Positions 23,661 through 38,800 of a stretch of 64,000 nt of DNA are shown here, piece after piece (position 1 is the stretch's first letter; the number at the start of each line of letters is the position of its first letter). Source of the stretch: Hormiphora californensis (lineage: Eukaryota; Animalia; Ctenophora); assembly GCA_020137815.1 (NCBI GenBank), contig CM035355.1:6696001-6760000 (forward strand), given 5' to 3'. The position numbers and the translations under genes were made by a program. The notes under the pieces are model-generated. The model saw only the letters and a program-made list of their open reading frames with translations. It had not been told where the DNA came from and ran no database searches.

Positions 23661-25386
23661 TCATGCTATTGCCTTGCCCCTCATAAGGGAAGTAACAGTG
23701 TTAAGGAAGGGTTGACTGGTAATTGTGTCTCCGGGCGAGTAGAATGGGTTGCACACCAGAGAGATGTACCCGGAGTGAACTTTACTGAATACCTGCCGGG
23801 CATCACCGTCCTGTGGAGAAGAGTTATTACGAGGGGTACTACAGTTATTGAGGGAGTATTAACCATCAGAAGGAATAAAAGGACAATGACATCACCGTCC
23901 TGGGGAGAAGATAGTCAGTGCGAGGGGTGCTCTTGTTCAACCTCGACCATAACGCCCAGCTAATCCACCGGTTGTATGACCTAGAGGGGACCTTTAGCTG
24001 GGCGTTCTGGTCGAGGTGTTGTGTTTCTAACACAAGGAGCAGATCAAACTTTGGGGTTTTGGCCTAGTAGGGGGGGGGGGGTTGGGAACGCCTAGTAATC
24101 AGAATGTGTAATACAATTTGCTTTGTTTAGTCTCGGTGTATCTAATACCTGTCAGAGCATTGGCCTGATAGTCTGATACCATAGCCGATATCAAACACAG
24201 CTCATAGTGAAAATAGGAAGAGTAATACTGCAGCAAATATTGTCCCCTATCTCTGTTATGATTTGTTGTTTTTTGATAGGAATTGCTTTGTCCATACTAC
24301 CCTTTCAAAGTCAGTTAAAGTAAAGGGTAAATACATTTCACATAATACCTTTAATGGATTTGTAATTGACTCAATTACCACTATTTTAATCTTGGTATTT
24401 GTAACGTAGCCATAGATACGGTAGTCCTCATTGGGGTACAGCTGTCCTAGGTACAAATCCCTGAAGAAGGAGGATGTAATTAGTGATCATTGTTCAATAG
24501 GGGAGGTTGCGGAGTAAGTGGCCCTTTCAATAGGAGAAGAGGTGACTGGGAAGGGTTTTGGTTTTGGTTGGGGAAAATTATTCAATAGACCTCAGAATAA
24601 TGCCACATCCACTACTACTACAGCTGTACCAGTTTAATTTGTCCTTCCGAAGACATTTTCCCCGGAATATACGAGCCAGTGAGGAAAAGGAGAGAAGTAG
24701 CACAGGGAGGAAAAGACGGAAGGGAAGAAGCAATGACATGGAAAAAGAGAAATAAAAAATAAAAACTTGCACGGTTTAACCTGACTAATTTGTTTTGACG
24801 TTCATACGCGTTCTATATGCTGCAAATATGTGCATACTCCCGCGTGTGACTCACACCGTGTGAGCCCTAACTGGTTTATTGTATGCACACGACCACACGT
24901 TTTTCCTTAGTTAGAGTAACAATTTTAATTGGCTGCTTGTAGTAACTGTGGTGCTTCGTCATATTGGCGACCCGCATAGCCCGGCGTTAGAGACCAACTT
25001 ACTAAAAGTACCCGCGGGTATGTTCACCAAAAGTACTCGTGATCATGATGGTATACATACCCGCACGGTGTCACCTTGCAAAGTTCTAACAACCCAATCA
25101 AAATACGTTTGGCGGCGCCAATCAGAGCCCTAGATTGATGCAGAGTGCCCTTCGGCACGGTGCTGAACGAGCACGATTTCAATTATTATACTAACTGAAC
25201 ATACAATAATAATATCATATTATAATACCTCGGATCATTAGCAGCTGTGGCAGAGTTTAGTTTCTCCTCTATTACATCGATAGATGTGTGAACTAGAAAG
25301 TGCATTTTGAGCCCATCCTCTGCTGGATCTGATGCGATGTAAAGAGGGCAGTTGTCCTTCGTTAGTACTGCTATACACACAGCCAT
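23661..25386 (-). CDS. TRAPPC2L: Trafficking protein particle complex subunit 2-like (sedlin family), 3 exons
   Basis: [31 protein letters not shown] / [25 protein letters not shown] / [25 protein letters not shown]. Confidence 0.9.
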
Positions 25387-26874
25387 CCTGAGAAGGAGCT
25401 GATATTAATATTATTAATTAATAATATTAATTACATATATTAATAATACTCATATTATTAATTAACGTATTAATTAGTTTAGTGGGACAGGGTAATTGTA
25501 TCCCTTATATGGACTTGTTTTTGGTTTAAATGTGAGTATGAAAAATAGCAGGGTTTCGCGGCCGTAAATCAAACTTTGCTATGTTCTAACCCGCCCGAAA
25601 CACAGTCTAGCCAGGCAAATCAAACTAATAACCTCGGAAAACCCAGATAACCTGAATAATCCGTATTTTAATAATCGAATAACTCGGATAATCGAACCCG
25701 GATAAAGAAGTCTGATTTATCCACCGCCCCTTACTCAAAAAAATACTAATGAGTTCATTTTGATGTTTGGTTCCTATCAGTGTTGCTCCCTCATATATTG
25801 GGCACCCGCCACCCGCACATCATTACGTTAATATTGTTTGCTCTTTTCACGCATTTTGGGCGTCGTGGACCACGTCGTTGACGGCGCTTTGCGGGGTGGC
25901 CAATATATTATATGAAATGGGTGAAACCATGACAGTATGTTTTCCTCGGAAACGCAACACTAGGGGAACAGTTACAAAATTGGAAACTGATTTCAGTTAA
26001 TCTGATTTGTAACTGGAGGGCTTCTTTTCTGCAGCAGTAGCTGCGGTGAAAGTAGAAACGGAAATAATTCATTTTTCTTATCATGATGATCTAAGGTCCC
26101 TTTACCCGGGAGAGGGGGACCGTTCAAATTAAAATGTCTTATCTCTAACTAGTTAAACGCATCAGTCCTGCAGTAGCAGGGGTAGTCTAGAAAGAATCAC
26201 CACCCTCCTCTAATGCAGCATAATTTGAATTATAAGTTTAATGTAATTATCCAGATTTAATCTCCTATTTTTTCTCCCGATTTAAGTTTGGAATAAAAGT
26301 ACTAATGTATTTAGGTTGAAATTTGCAGGTGTTAGTCTGCCCCATGTGTTCTTTAAACAACACCAGGGGTCAGCCCGGCTTTTTTTGCATGTACACGTGG
26401 GTAGAGAGACGTAGAGAGACGTTGGTAGAGAGACAACTCTTGAGTCTCGCCCTGTGAAGTTTTCATGCAATGCTACTTTTAAATCGTTCATATGTTAGTG
26501 AGGACACGACACATGGTGTCAGCTGCGACTCAATGCTACTTTTTGTTTACTTAGGTCTTAGATAATTCTATTTCTACATGTACCATGTATGCATAACGCT
26601 CAGTGTTTTATATTCAAACAATCCATTGCACTCTATCCTATATGGGTTTCAATAACTCTTGTGTATTGTTTCCCATCTCATATAACACTGCTGCTTGTAG
26701 TGGCATTACCGTAATGACCGGGTAACACTGCGGAGTATTTAGTCCCCAGTGGGAGACTAAATACTCTGCATTATAAAGCTCATCGATTGCAACATTAAAA
26801 TCAACTTTGCAGATTAAGTTATATTTACTAAACTTGCATTGTAGAGCGATCATCAATTCAATCTGAACTTTAGT

Positions 26875-29800
26875 ATGATACTCAAGTTGATAGTGTTTAT
26901 TGGTATACTTAATCTGACCCTATCCTTCGATTATGGTAAGATCATTATACTGTTCCTTATTCTGGGTTGTGTGTATAAATTTCACGATTACAAGCGTTCA
27001 ACCACGATTGTTGTTATAATCCAAGTTGCAATGTCTTCCTCTATACAGTAACACCGACGGACTCCTATTCCACGGAAGAGAACTGTTTGGATTTCCAGTT
27101 TCGATGCCCCGAGGGTCGATGCATATCCAAGGCATGGTTGTGTGACGGAAAGGCTGATTGTCCTGAGTCTAGGGCGGACGAATCAAATGTGACATGCCCC
27201 GAACGTAAGCAGGGAGTTAGTAGGGTCGATTCTCTCCTATATAGTGACCTATCAACAAACCAATCTCTCGCAGGGAAAATGACGTTAAGGGACAAGTACG
27301 GTTATGAGATAACTGAAGCAGACGTTTCGGGATACGTTGAAGTTGATATGGGCATGGGAGAGAAAGGTTTCATATGTAGAAGTGACTACAAGTATGGGGG
27401 ATACCACCTGAACTACAACATTCAACTTAAGATTTGTCGCGACCTAGGATTTGAAGGAGTGTGAGTATACACTTTTAGACTGTCAGAGCATTCGCCTGAC
27501 CCTGTTCACGGAGCGCGTGAGAACTGTGGTCAGAGCATTGGCCTGAAAGCTTTTAGAACATATAATTATGTATTGTCTGAATTATCAGTAAGTATAACAA
27601 TTAATTTACCGCCATCGGTAGAAATAATTTCTCTCTCTCCATCCGTCAACTAACGATTAGATAAAGTCGGATTTTTTGAAACTGTCACCCCCCTGGGTGG
27701 CGTGCGAGTTTTTATTTGCGCATCGGAAACTTGTTTTCGCTCTCACGCCTTTGTTTCTTGACCAATTTCGTGAAACCAAAGTTTTACGGACTCACAAAAT
27801 TATGCTCTTTTCGATGATATGCGGTTTTTTGCCGAAAAGTGAGAGCAAGTGGGGGCTGTCACGCGCAAATACGACGCCGCGCGTGAAAAGAGGGGTGACA
27901 GTTTCAAAAAATCCGACTTTAAACATAGTTTGAAACTATCAAATCACTCTCTGCACACAGGGTGATTAGCAATCCAGGGAATATATCCGTCACAAACATT
28001 CCTCCGAGGAAACCTGTCCGTGTTATGGAATGCACTTTAGAGGCAGCCCTATCTAATGATTCACTATGGGAGGCGTGTGAGTTCAGACTCAGACGAGACG
28101 AATGTGATGTTGATGATATGCTCTGGCTCGCATGTACAAGTAAGTATCAGTAGTGGGTGGGCTAATAAAGGCCGATTTCATTTTTCCTTGCTTGACCCTC
28201 TTTCTGTGCGCTCCACACATGTAACGGAGGGATTAGAATATAATGGGGGGGTCGTCATGTTAATTTTGTTAATGTTTTGTTAATTAACAAACGACCCTTG
28301 GTGAAACATTAACAAAATTAACAAAATTAACAAAAATCGCGTTTTAATCCGACGAAATCGTGCTTTGAACATAAAATTTATAGGGGCAATGTAATTCCTT
28401 CACTAAGTGGTACTAATAGGTCCACCCTACCACCAAACGAAAGTTTACCAACCAACTCCATGGGGGGAGGTCCGATAATTGGCCTTAATTGACACCTGTA
28501 TTTTCAGTATGGGTCCAAAAACATAATTACCCTTAAAATAGGAGTAGAGACAAATCTGAGGGCACTAAAGTGTGTAGCGTCCTCGCATTAGTGGGGGTAG
28601 GTGGTGGAATTAAGTCCATATCTCATCTGGTTAATTAGTTAATTGGATAATTAGATTTGCGCATAACCGTATTTTGGCTATATGGCTATAGCCACTTAGG
28701 AATGGTTTAGAGACGTTTCATTGGTGCCAATTTGTAGGCAATGGCCAAGTTATGGGGGGTCGACGTCGGACTTTTAAGCTCTATCTTTAACCGTTTAGCC
28801 GTTATTTGGCTTTGAAGGTGCTCAAAATTCGGGTTCTTACCGTTTTTTGCTCATTTTGAGCACCTTCGAAGCCAAATAACGGCTAAACGGTTAAAGATAA
28901 AGCTTAAAAATTATCGGACCTCCCCCCATGGAGTTGGTTGGTAAACTTTCGTTTGGTGGTAGGGTGGACCTATTAGTACCATTTAGTGAAGGAATTACAT
29001 TGCCCCTATAAATTTTATGTTTTGTCAAATTTTATACACGATTTCGCAGGATTATTTTAGATGTTTTTAGTCGGTTTGTAGCTGTTTTATGTGTTTTTAG
29101 GTGTGTTTAGGTGTTTCTATCATAAACTCACTATCTCCCATGGCAGATATTTCATAGCTAGGATAGTTGTTTGGATTTTATCAAAGGTTTTGAGGTAAGA
29201 AAATAGTCATTATAACAAAGGCGGGTATACGAGTAAAGAACACCAGTTTAATGTATAAACTGGTTTTTATGGGCCAAATATGGCTCACCCTGATTTAGTG
29301 GCACCCCGATTTAGTGGCAGGGATTTTCCCCCCAAAAATTTTTTGAATTTTTTTGTGAAATTTTCTTGAAATTTTTTTAAAGGAATACCAGCCACGTCCG
29401 AATCGTGTTTCGAATCGGTGCAATGTGGTTGACCGTGTATAAGGCCCAAACAAGGCACAGAGCTTTTCTGAATCAGCTTTTCAAGACGAATCCAGCGCAA
29501 CCGGAATTAGCTTTCTATCTCATCGGGAAGTGCTGGGTCTGGCATTTTGGTTTTTGCTCATTTTTGGTCATTTTTCGGTGTGTGGGCCAATCAGAGGCCT
29601 AGATTTCAAAATAAAGGCCTCTGATTGGCCCGCGCACCGAAAAATGACTAAAAATGAGGGTTCTAGACCCAGCACTTCCCGATGAGATAGAAAGCTAATT
29701 CCGGTTGCGTTAGATTCGTCTTGAAAAGCTGATTCAGAAAAGCTCTGTGCCTTATTTGGGCCTTATACACGGTCAACCACTACGGTGCATCTTATCGCAT

Positions 29801-32800
29801 GTCCTGCTACTAATTAGACGGTTCGGAACGAACTGAAACGTGATCGCCATCGAATCGAAATTGGGGGGGGGGGGGGGGGGGGGGTACAACCCCAAAAAAA
29901 TCAAACTTTTTCCGAAACCCAGGGTATGGTTGGTTTTTTTGGTCGTTTTTGATTGAAATTTTTTTGATTTTTTTTGTCGTTTTTGATTTTTTTGAATTTT
30001 TTTGGTCGTTTTTGATTTTTTTAAATTTTGTTGAATTTTTTTGATTTTTTTGAATTTTTTTAATCGTTTTTTATTTTTTTGATCAAAAAATCAACAATTT
30101 AGAAAATCCAGGGTATGGTTGGTTTTTTTTTGGGTTGCACCCCCTCCCCCCCCCCATTTTGACGCTTGGTAAACATGTGATTCAATGGCCCCATGGGGAT
30201 CACTTATCGGTTCGTTCCGAACTGTCCAATTAGCAGCAGGACATGCGATAAGATGCACCGATTCGAAACACGATTCGGACGATTTTCACAAAAAAATTCA
30301 AAAAAATTTTTGGGGAAAAAAATCCTGCCACTAAATCGGGGTGCCACTAAATCGGGGGCCACTAAATCTGGGTCCGACTGTATATCAGTGTTGATTGGAT
30401 GGGTAGTACGTATAATATTGTCAGGGCGCGATCACACCAGGATCTTCGAAACAATTGCTTCGAAGAACCAAGTTGAATCACACACAGATCTTTCCTTTAG
30501 TTGGTGCAAGTACGATCCTTATATGGAGCGAGCTCGCTCTCTCCAATGTTATCCCTTCTTTTGAGCTCTCTCTCGCACTCACTCTCTCTCGCGCGCAATT
30601 ATCCCTTATATGGAGCGAGCTCGCTCTCTCCAATGTTATCCCGTCTTTCGAGCTCTCTCTCGCACTCACTCTCTCCCGCGCAATTATCCCTTATATGGGG
30701 AGAAAGAGCGAGTGGGAGAGAGAGCTCGAAAGAGGGGATAACATTGGAGAGAGCGAGCTCGCTCCATATAAGGATCGTACTTGCACCAACTAAAGGAAAG
30801 ATCTGTGTGTGATTCAACTTGGTTCTTCGAAGCAATTGTTTCGAAGATCCTGGTGTGATCGCGCCCTCAAAAATAACGCAAATGATCTATTAAAGCGGGA
30901 TTAAAAGCTTCAAAAAGACTTAAAAAAGCTTCGTTTTTTTGTTAATAATGTTAATAATGTTAATAATGTTAATAATGTTAATGTTAACATTTTAAAACTT
31001 TTCATGAAACATTAACATTAACATGACGACCCCCCCAATATAATAAGTCGCATTTTGATCGAGATATATTTAAATCCATACTTTTCAGGCACCACAACTA
31101 TAGCCGAAGAAGAATTCTCGTTGATTGACACGGAAGGCCGAACGGTAAACGTCAGTTCTGGTAGCCTTCTTTATGGTACAAGCCTGGTGTGCTTCACTGG
31201 ATTCACCGACAAGGATGCAGAAATCGTCTGTCAAGATATGGGATTCCAGGGCGGCTATCGGGTCGACTCAGACACTATGTCCGGACTCACATCTAATAGC
31301 GTGGAGGTTAATTGCAGTAGGTATGCAAGTACAGTCGATGATTGTGATGTAACTGATGCCTCCTACAACTATAACTGTGCGTATAACAGTGTTTATCTGG
31401 TGTGCAACGAAAACAGTACTGGTAAGTTTTGTAAATAGGATGAAGCCAGACAGAAATTTTAACAAAACTCAATTAGTAATTCCGGTACTATATGTACCCA
31501 CTACAGCATAACCGTCATCTTATCGTCAGATCCAGACAATGAGAGAACCTTCTGGTTGTCGAATGAGCGGGGAGACCGTATAACCGAAAGCGGGCAACGA
31601 GCGCTTCTCATGTTCAAAGAGGGAACGGTATGCGATGATAGTTTTAACGACCAATCCGCCAACCTAATCTGCCAGGAGATGGGCTTCGATATCTCCTCAT
31701 CGTGGGCGTCTGGGTTTGGGGGTCGTACCTACACGTGGAATTTACCCACGACTTTGGATGATGTATACTGTTCTCCTGACGATCGTGTCTTCTGGGATTG
31801 TTCCTATGACACTGTATATGAGGACTGCGACAAAGGCGAGGACGTGTACATTACTTGTCAAAACGGTCAGTAATATATAAACTAATTAAAGTGAGAGTGG
31901 ACAGAATTGAACAAGATTGTTATAGATAGTAGAGGATGTAGCTCGACTCTCTAATCTCTATTCTCTACTACCTAACATCTTGTCCAATTCTTACTTTAGT
32001 CCACTCTCACTTTAGTCAATTACCATTAAAAACGAGGGGTTAATTGGTAGCAGCAACTGACCAATAAAATTCCTGCTTTTAGGCAGATTAATCTTTTTTA
32101 AGGATATATAATCCTGTAAATCTCCAAAACATATATAATATTTTGTAAATCTCTTTCCAGGAAAGAACAGCACCTTGGAGTTCACACTTGTGGATTATTC
32201 TTATACTGGGGAACGATACACAGTCACCGAACCTGGAGTTGAGGGGCTTCTCATGTTCCAGGGCGGCACTGTCTGCGATGACGATTTTAATAGTCGGGCT
32301 GCAGACCTCATTTGCCAGGCAATGGGGTGGAAATCAGCATCAAGGTTTAGCTCTGGAAACAGATATAGCGTAAGTGTCGTGTTCCTCCGTTCTTATGATC
32401 TACTAATCGAAACGAAATGTTTTGTTTACTCTAATAGATTCGAACCAGCATACAAAAAATGACGTGACGCTGTAAGTTGTAAACCAGTTCATTTTTAGAT
32501 CCAACAAGAAATGGAAACAATGCTAGATGATGTGTATTGCGAGGAAAGTGACATGGTGATCAGTGATTGTTATTACAACGTAGATTCTGAAAACTGTGAC
32601 CACAACGAAGACATCTTTCTTGTATGCTCTGATGGTGAGTGTGATATATCCAGGATAATCTAGACAATTCGGGATATAATCTAGACAATTCGGGATATAA
32701 TCTAGATAATTCGGGATATAATCTAGACAATCCGGGATTCCCCATAATTTTCTCACAGTGGTCTTTTACACAGTAGTGCTAAAATATGTTGGCAAATTGA

Positions 32801-35800
32801 TAATGAGCACACAATCGATGTTTTGCTTCACACCCTTTTTCACCCAATTATCAGCTGTTTTTACACCGAAAGCCGAGTGTGTCCTTTGAGAATTTAAACG
32901 CCAACGGTCAAAGTGTTTAACGTCGCCCCCTTCCCCATATTCAGGAGAAACAAGTGGTGAAACGGATGTATTCTACATGCTTGACTCGGCGGGTCGACGG
33001 TTCAACGACTCGAATAGGGAGGGATTGCTAATGTACCGTAATGGCACCGTCTGTGATGACGACTTCAACACTGAAACTGGCAAACTTATCTGTCAAGAGA
33101 TGGGTTTTGATTTCGTAATCAACTGGAGATCAGGATACGACTACTCGGACATCCAAGAACAATATCCAACGGCTTTGGACAATGCTTACTGTACAGTCGA
33201 GGATACGGTGTTCTGGGATTGCACCTACGACGAACAGGATGAAAACTGCAATCACAGCGAGGATATCTTTATTGAGTGTGGCTATGAAACCGACCCGAAG
33301 GTCTTCGAAATGCGGAATGGCGATGGAAGGGTGATAGGTGGAGAGGGATATCTAGTATACGGTTTCCCCGGCATATCGGTGGGTACAGTATGTGATGATG
33401 GGTTTGATGACAAGGACGCTAGGTTAATTTGCCAGAGCATGGGCTATAGAAATTTCGAGTCTTGGACACCAGCCAGGGACTACCGGGACGGCCGTCGAGA
33501 ACAATTGGATATTGTCTTGACAGACATTGATTGTGGGGGAGCTGATATTACTAATTTCTCCGATTGTGATACCAGACAGCAGAACAATTGCACTCACAAG
33601 CAGGATGTCTATCTCACTTGTACCAACAATACTGATGATCGGGGTATGTATCTGGAGTTGCCATAAAATAATAGAGATATTTAGTATCTCACTAATTACT
33701 AAACAACTCACCACCCCCGCCCCCAGATATTTAGTATCTCACTAATTACTAAACAACTCACCACCCCCGCCCCCAGATATTTAGTATCTCACTAATTACT
33801 AAACAACTCACCACCCCCGCCCCCAGATATTTAGTATCTCACTAATTACTAAACAACTCACCACCCCGCCCCCAGATATTTAGTATCTCACTAATTACTA
33901 AACAACTCACCACCCCCGCCCCCAGATATTTAGTATCTCACTAATTACTAAACAACTCACCACCCCCGCCCCCAGATATTTAGTATCTCACTAATTACTA
34001 AACAACTCACCACCCCCGCCCCCAGATATTTAGTATCTCACTAATTACTAAACAACTCTAGGGGTCCGCACTCCAGATATGCCCATTCCACTTTGTGTAC
34101 TGGCTTATAGATATTTTTGCGCTGAATAAGAAGACGTCATTCATTTTTCTCTACGACAATGATAAAGGTCTGTTCTGACATCCTGAATGATTGGGGTCTA
34201 CGCAAATGCTGACAACTCCCCCAAGCGCGTTCTGGTGAGCTCTCTCCCCGCTCCAGGGTCACGTGATACGACTGCAAGATGTATAGCAGTGTAGGGCTGC
34301 TCAATTAGCGACTTACACACGTCCATGTCACCCAACACGGCGATAGACCGCATCACCCTCCCTTGACCTGTAGGTAGACAGGGACTCGATGAATCAAGCG
34401 ATATTTAGACATGTTCTGAGAGTTTATATTCAATTCATAATTCCAAATACACGACAGCCGACACCAGCTCTTTCAATTCAACTCAAATCCAATTTCATAA
34501 CCATAATATCCCAGTTAGCTACACCTTCCTAAATGAGGCCAATCAAACCGCTCACGCTATAGTGGTATCAGGCTAAAGAGGTGAGTCAATTCAACTTCAT
34601 TTTTTGTTACCAATAGGCAGAAAATAGTGAGTCAATCCAACTTCACTCTCTCAAAAAGGGGTTAGAAGTGAGTCAATCCAACTTCACTTTATCAAAATAG
34701 GGGTTACAAGTGAGTCAATCCAACTTCACTCTCTCAAAAAGAGGTTACAAGTGAGTCAATCCAACTTCACTCCTTTCAGTGATAAATATGAGTACCAATT
34801 AGCGGTCAGTCCAACTCACTTGATCAAAATAGGGACAGTAGCATAAAGTTTGACAGTAGCAACTGGTAGTAGAAAATGAGACAGTAACAACTGGTAGCAT
34901 AAAGTGAGACAGTAGCAACTGGCACTTGATCCGGTTTGATTGGCCCCGTTCTGACATTAAGTCCATGTCAATGAGGTGTTTTTTTTCTTAGAAGCAACAC
35001 GTGATCCAGTTTGATTGGCCTCATTTAGGAAGGTGTAGCTAACTGGGATATTATAGTTATGAAATTGGATTTGAGTTGAATTGAAAGAGCTGGTGTCGGC
35101 TGACATAGTCTTATAATCCTTAATTACAATCAGAAGTCATTGGATTTTTTACATGGATTGCCTATGGATCCCAGATATATTCGATTAATATCAATATTGG
35201 TATAACAACATTGGTTACAGCTTGTGTATCATTCTTTAGAGTTGTAGAGTTTCGTGTATTTGGAATTATGAATTGAATAAAAATTCTCGGAACATGTCTA
35301 AATATCGCTTGATTCACCGAGTCCCTGTCTACCTGTAACAGGTCAAGGGAGGGGGATGCGGTCTATCGCCGTGTTGGGTGACATGGACGTGTGTAAGTCG
35401 CTAATTGAGCAGCTCTACACTGCTATACATCTTGCAGTCGTATCACGTGACCCTGGAGCGGGGAGAGAGCTCACCAGAACGCGCTTGGGGGAGTTGTCAG
35501 CATTTGCGTAGACCCCAATCATTCAGGACGTCAGAACAGACCTTTATCATTGTCGTAGAGAAAAATGAATGACGTCTTCTTATTCAGCGCAAAAATCTCT
35601 ATAAGCCAGTACACAAAGTGGAATGGGCATATCTGGAGTGCGGACCCCTAAAACAACTCACCACCCCCGCCCCCAGATATTTAGTATCTCACTAATTACT
35701 AAACAACTCACCACCCCGCCCCCAGATATTTAGTATCTCACTAATTACTAAACAATTTACAACCCCGCCCTCAGATAGGGTAGGATTCTATCTGTTTGAC

Positions 35801-38800
35801 GTGGATACACAAAAGCCTGCTAAGAATGGAGACGATCTGCTTTTACTCGTTTACAGGCACAGTAGTTCCTCAGCCCACGGAACAGTATGCGATGATGACT
35901 TTAACGATATAGCAGCGGATATCATTTGCCGAGAAATGGGATATGAGATGGGAGCACAGCGGTGGTCGTCCGGATATGATTATTCGTCCGAGGAATTTCA
36001 GGGATCCGTACCTATTGTTCTTGACGACATTAATTGTAACTCAGGAGATAGGGTGTTCAACGATTGTAGATTTGATTTGGAGGATGAAAACTGCTCCCAC
36101 GAGGAGGATGTGTTCCTGCAGTGTAGAGAAGGTAACAATTGCAAAAACATTGATTTGTCATCTTGCATTATTTAAGGGCTTTCTTATGATACAATCAGGC
36201 CCCGATTTATATTGGGATGCTCGGGAAAGTTTTAAATCCTTATGGTAAATCGGGGTTCCAGGAAATCGGGGCCTGACTGTCCAGTGTCCATAGCTACACG
36301 TGTCTTTGTTGATAGGTTGTTGAACTAGTCACTATAGTGTTTCCAACTGGTAAACTTATTTTTTTGGGGAGGGTTCAAATTAAAAATTACGATTTCGATT
36401 TGCAAAAATTAGGGTATCAATGGAATTATTTCGAAAAATCACGAAAAATTGGAAAAATAAATTTACAATTTTTACCAAAAAAGTAGGGTAGCCGCTGGCT
36501 ATTTGAAACGGCTGCCAATTTGAAACAGCGTCTGGCTATGTGAAACACATGGACTGGCTATTTGAAACGTAGCGCCCCGTATGTGGTAGCTTGTTTAGGA
36601 AAGGCATTGCCAACAGTAGGTGGACATGCCGTTGTTTTAAATTCTGGAATAGAAACAATCCTTGTGTTTTAATAAAAAACTCAAATATTTCCATTTTATT
36701 TCAAAAAATGAAAACTAGGAAACTTGAATATAATTTAAAATAGCTTTTTAAACCTCAGGGCGCGCACAGACTGACCATACTTGACCACGACCATATTATG
36801 TGTCAAGATTTTGACCAAGTCGCACAGACTGACCAAACTTGATCATTTGACCAAGCTTGGAGAGTAAAAATTGAAACTAATTCATAACATAGCGAAAACC
36901 ACTGAACCCGACTAATTTTGACACGCTGAATCACGTAAGCAACTTTTCCAATCCGTCTGAGATCGGGAAAGTGCCTTAATTGAGCAATTAAGGCCAATTA
37001 GACCCAATTATACTCAAATAGGGCACTTTATCGACCTCAGACGGATTGGAAAAGTTGCTTACGTGATTCAGCGTATCGAAATTAGTCGGGTTCAGTGGTT
37101 TTCGCTATGATATGATCTGCAGGGCAAGCGAGTCTGGTAACTTGAAACACCACGGAGGGCTATTTGAAACACTTTTCTCCAAATCCGCTGTCGGAAATTT
37201 TTGATGTTCATTTTGAGCATAGGGAGGATATGAATTATGAGTTTAGCCATTTCCGCCAAAAATTGGCCGAATTTGGGGCAAAAACTGTTTTCCTGGCTAT
37301 TTGAAACACTTTTCGGAAACATTAACTGCACCAAGCACATACATGTAACAAAATTCAGATTTCAGACATGGAATAGCTCTGTACAACCCTTTTCTAACTA
37401 TTCCATGTCGAAAATCTCGGTTTTGTGGACGAATTGAGGGAGATACGGCTGTTTCAAATTAGCAGACTGAGGCGGGCTAATTGAAACACCAAATTTGGAT
37501 AGATATCACGTGACCCTGACCCCGGAAGACAAAATGAGACATCTCAAACCACTTCAAAAACTACCCTGGGACTGTCTCGGTAACATAGGGTGAAAAAATT
37601 TTGGGTTCGACTTGATTTGTGGACACACAAAGGAAAAAAATGAAAAACTGTTTCAAATAGCCAGTGGCTACCCTAGGTATCGATCCCCCTTCTTCACTAT
37701 TATACCATTCTGATTAAGATTCTCCCCCTTCTTCATCACTGCGCTGGCAAGCGCAAAGGTGACCATCCCCTCCCCCCAGCCGCGCGTGCCAGAATGCAGT
37801 AATAACTTTTTTCAGTTTTTAGCCAAAAATGGCATTTTTCGACGCCCATAGCGAGGCCCCCACTGCACCAATCAGTCTGAAATTTGGTGTACAGTGTCAC
37901 ATAGTTTAGATCTACTGTAATTTAAAAGGGCAAGTCTCTATCTCTTTTAGTTTTAGAGATATGGCATCGTGAAAAAAGCAATAAATGTCCCGGGTCTATC
38001 TATCTATCTATGTATCTATGTATGGATAGACGCTATTTTACCAAATTTATAATCGTTTTTGAGAGAAAACGACATAAGATAGACACTTCTCGTTTGTTGC
38101 ATTCGAAAGATAATCGTTTGAATTGTGTAGACGAATAGTTTTTATGTTCTAGGTCCAATCAGAACGTCTTGACAAACTGTCATAAAGATAAGACATTTTT
38201 CAAACCAACCAAATTTCTTTGAGCTCAATTTACACCCTGAAGACGGTTTCTGATTGAAAAACGGAGACCACACTTATGAAAGATAATCGTCTAAACTTTC
38301 AGAAACTATATCGCGAATTTGTGAAACTCTAATTGTGTAGACGAATAGTTTTTATGTTCTAGGTCCAATCAGAACGTCTTGACAAACTGTCATAAAGATA
38401 AGACATTTTTCAAACCAACCAAATTTCTTTGAGCTCAATTTACACCCTGAAGACGGTTTCTGATTATAAACGGAGACCACACTTATGAAAGATAATCGTC
38501 TAAACTTTCAGAAACTATATCGCGAATTTGTGAAACTCTAATTCTAAGGGTCTCAAATCGCGTCTGAAGTGTTAAGACTGTATGAAAATGGATATGACGA
38601 TAGTGCGTTTTTCGCCATAGCGACCTCAAATCTTGTCCAATCGATCTCAAACTTGGTCAGCCTCTTTATCTAGATGAGCCTGATAATAATATTTCCCTAT
38701 CAGGACGTTATAACGTCGTGACGTCACGCTATGACGTCACAATGACGTCAAAATTGAAATTTTCGTATTTTAGCGATTCCTGACGGTCTTTACTTGTTCT

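Noticed and set aside
30455-30835. Overlapping ORFs on both strands (MLRRTKLNHTQ...)
   Set aside because: They are a by-product of the palindromic Harbinger-type MITE.
33675-34058. CRISPR-like regular repeats (also 54370-54855, 57101-57950)
   Set aside because: The units are head-to-tail with no unique spacers, there are no cas genes, and the context is eukaryotic introns.
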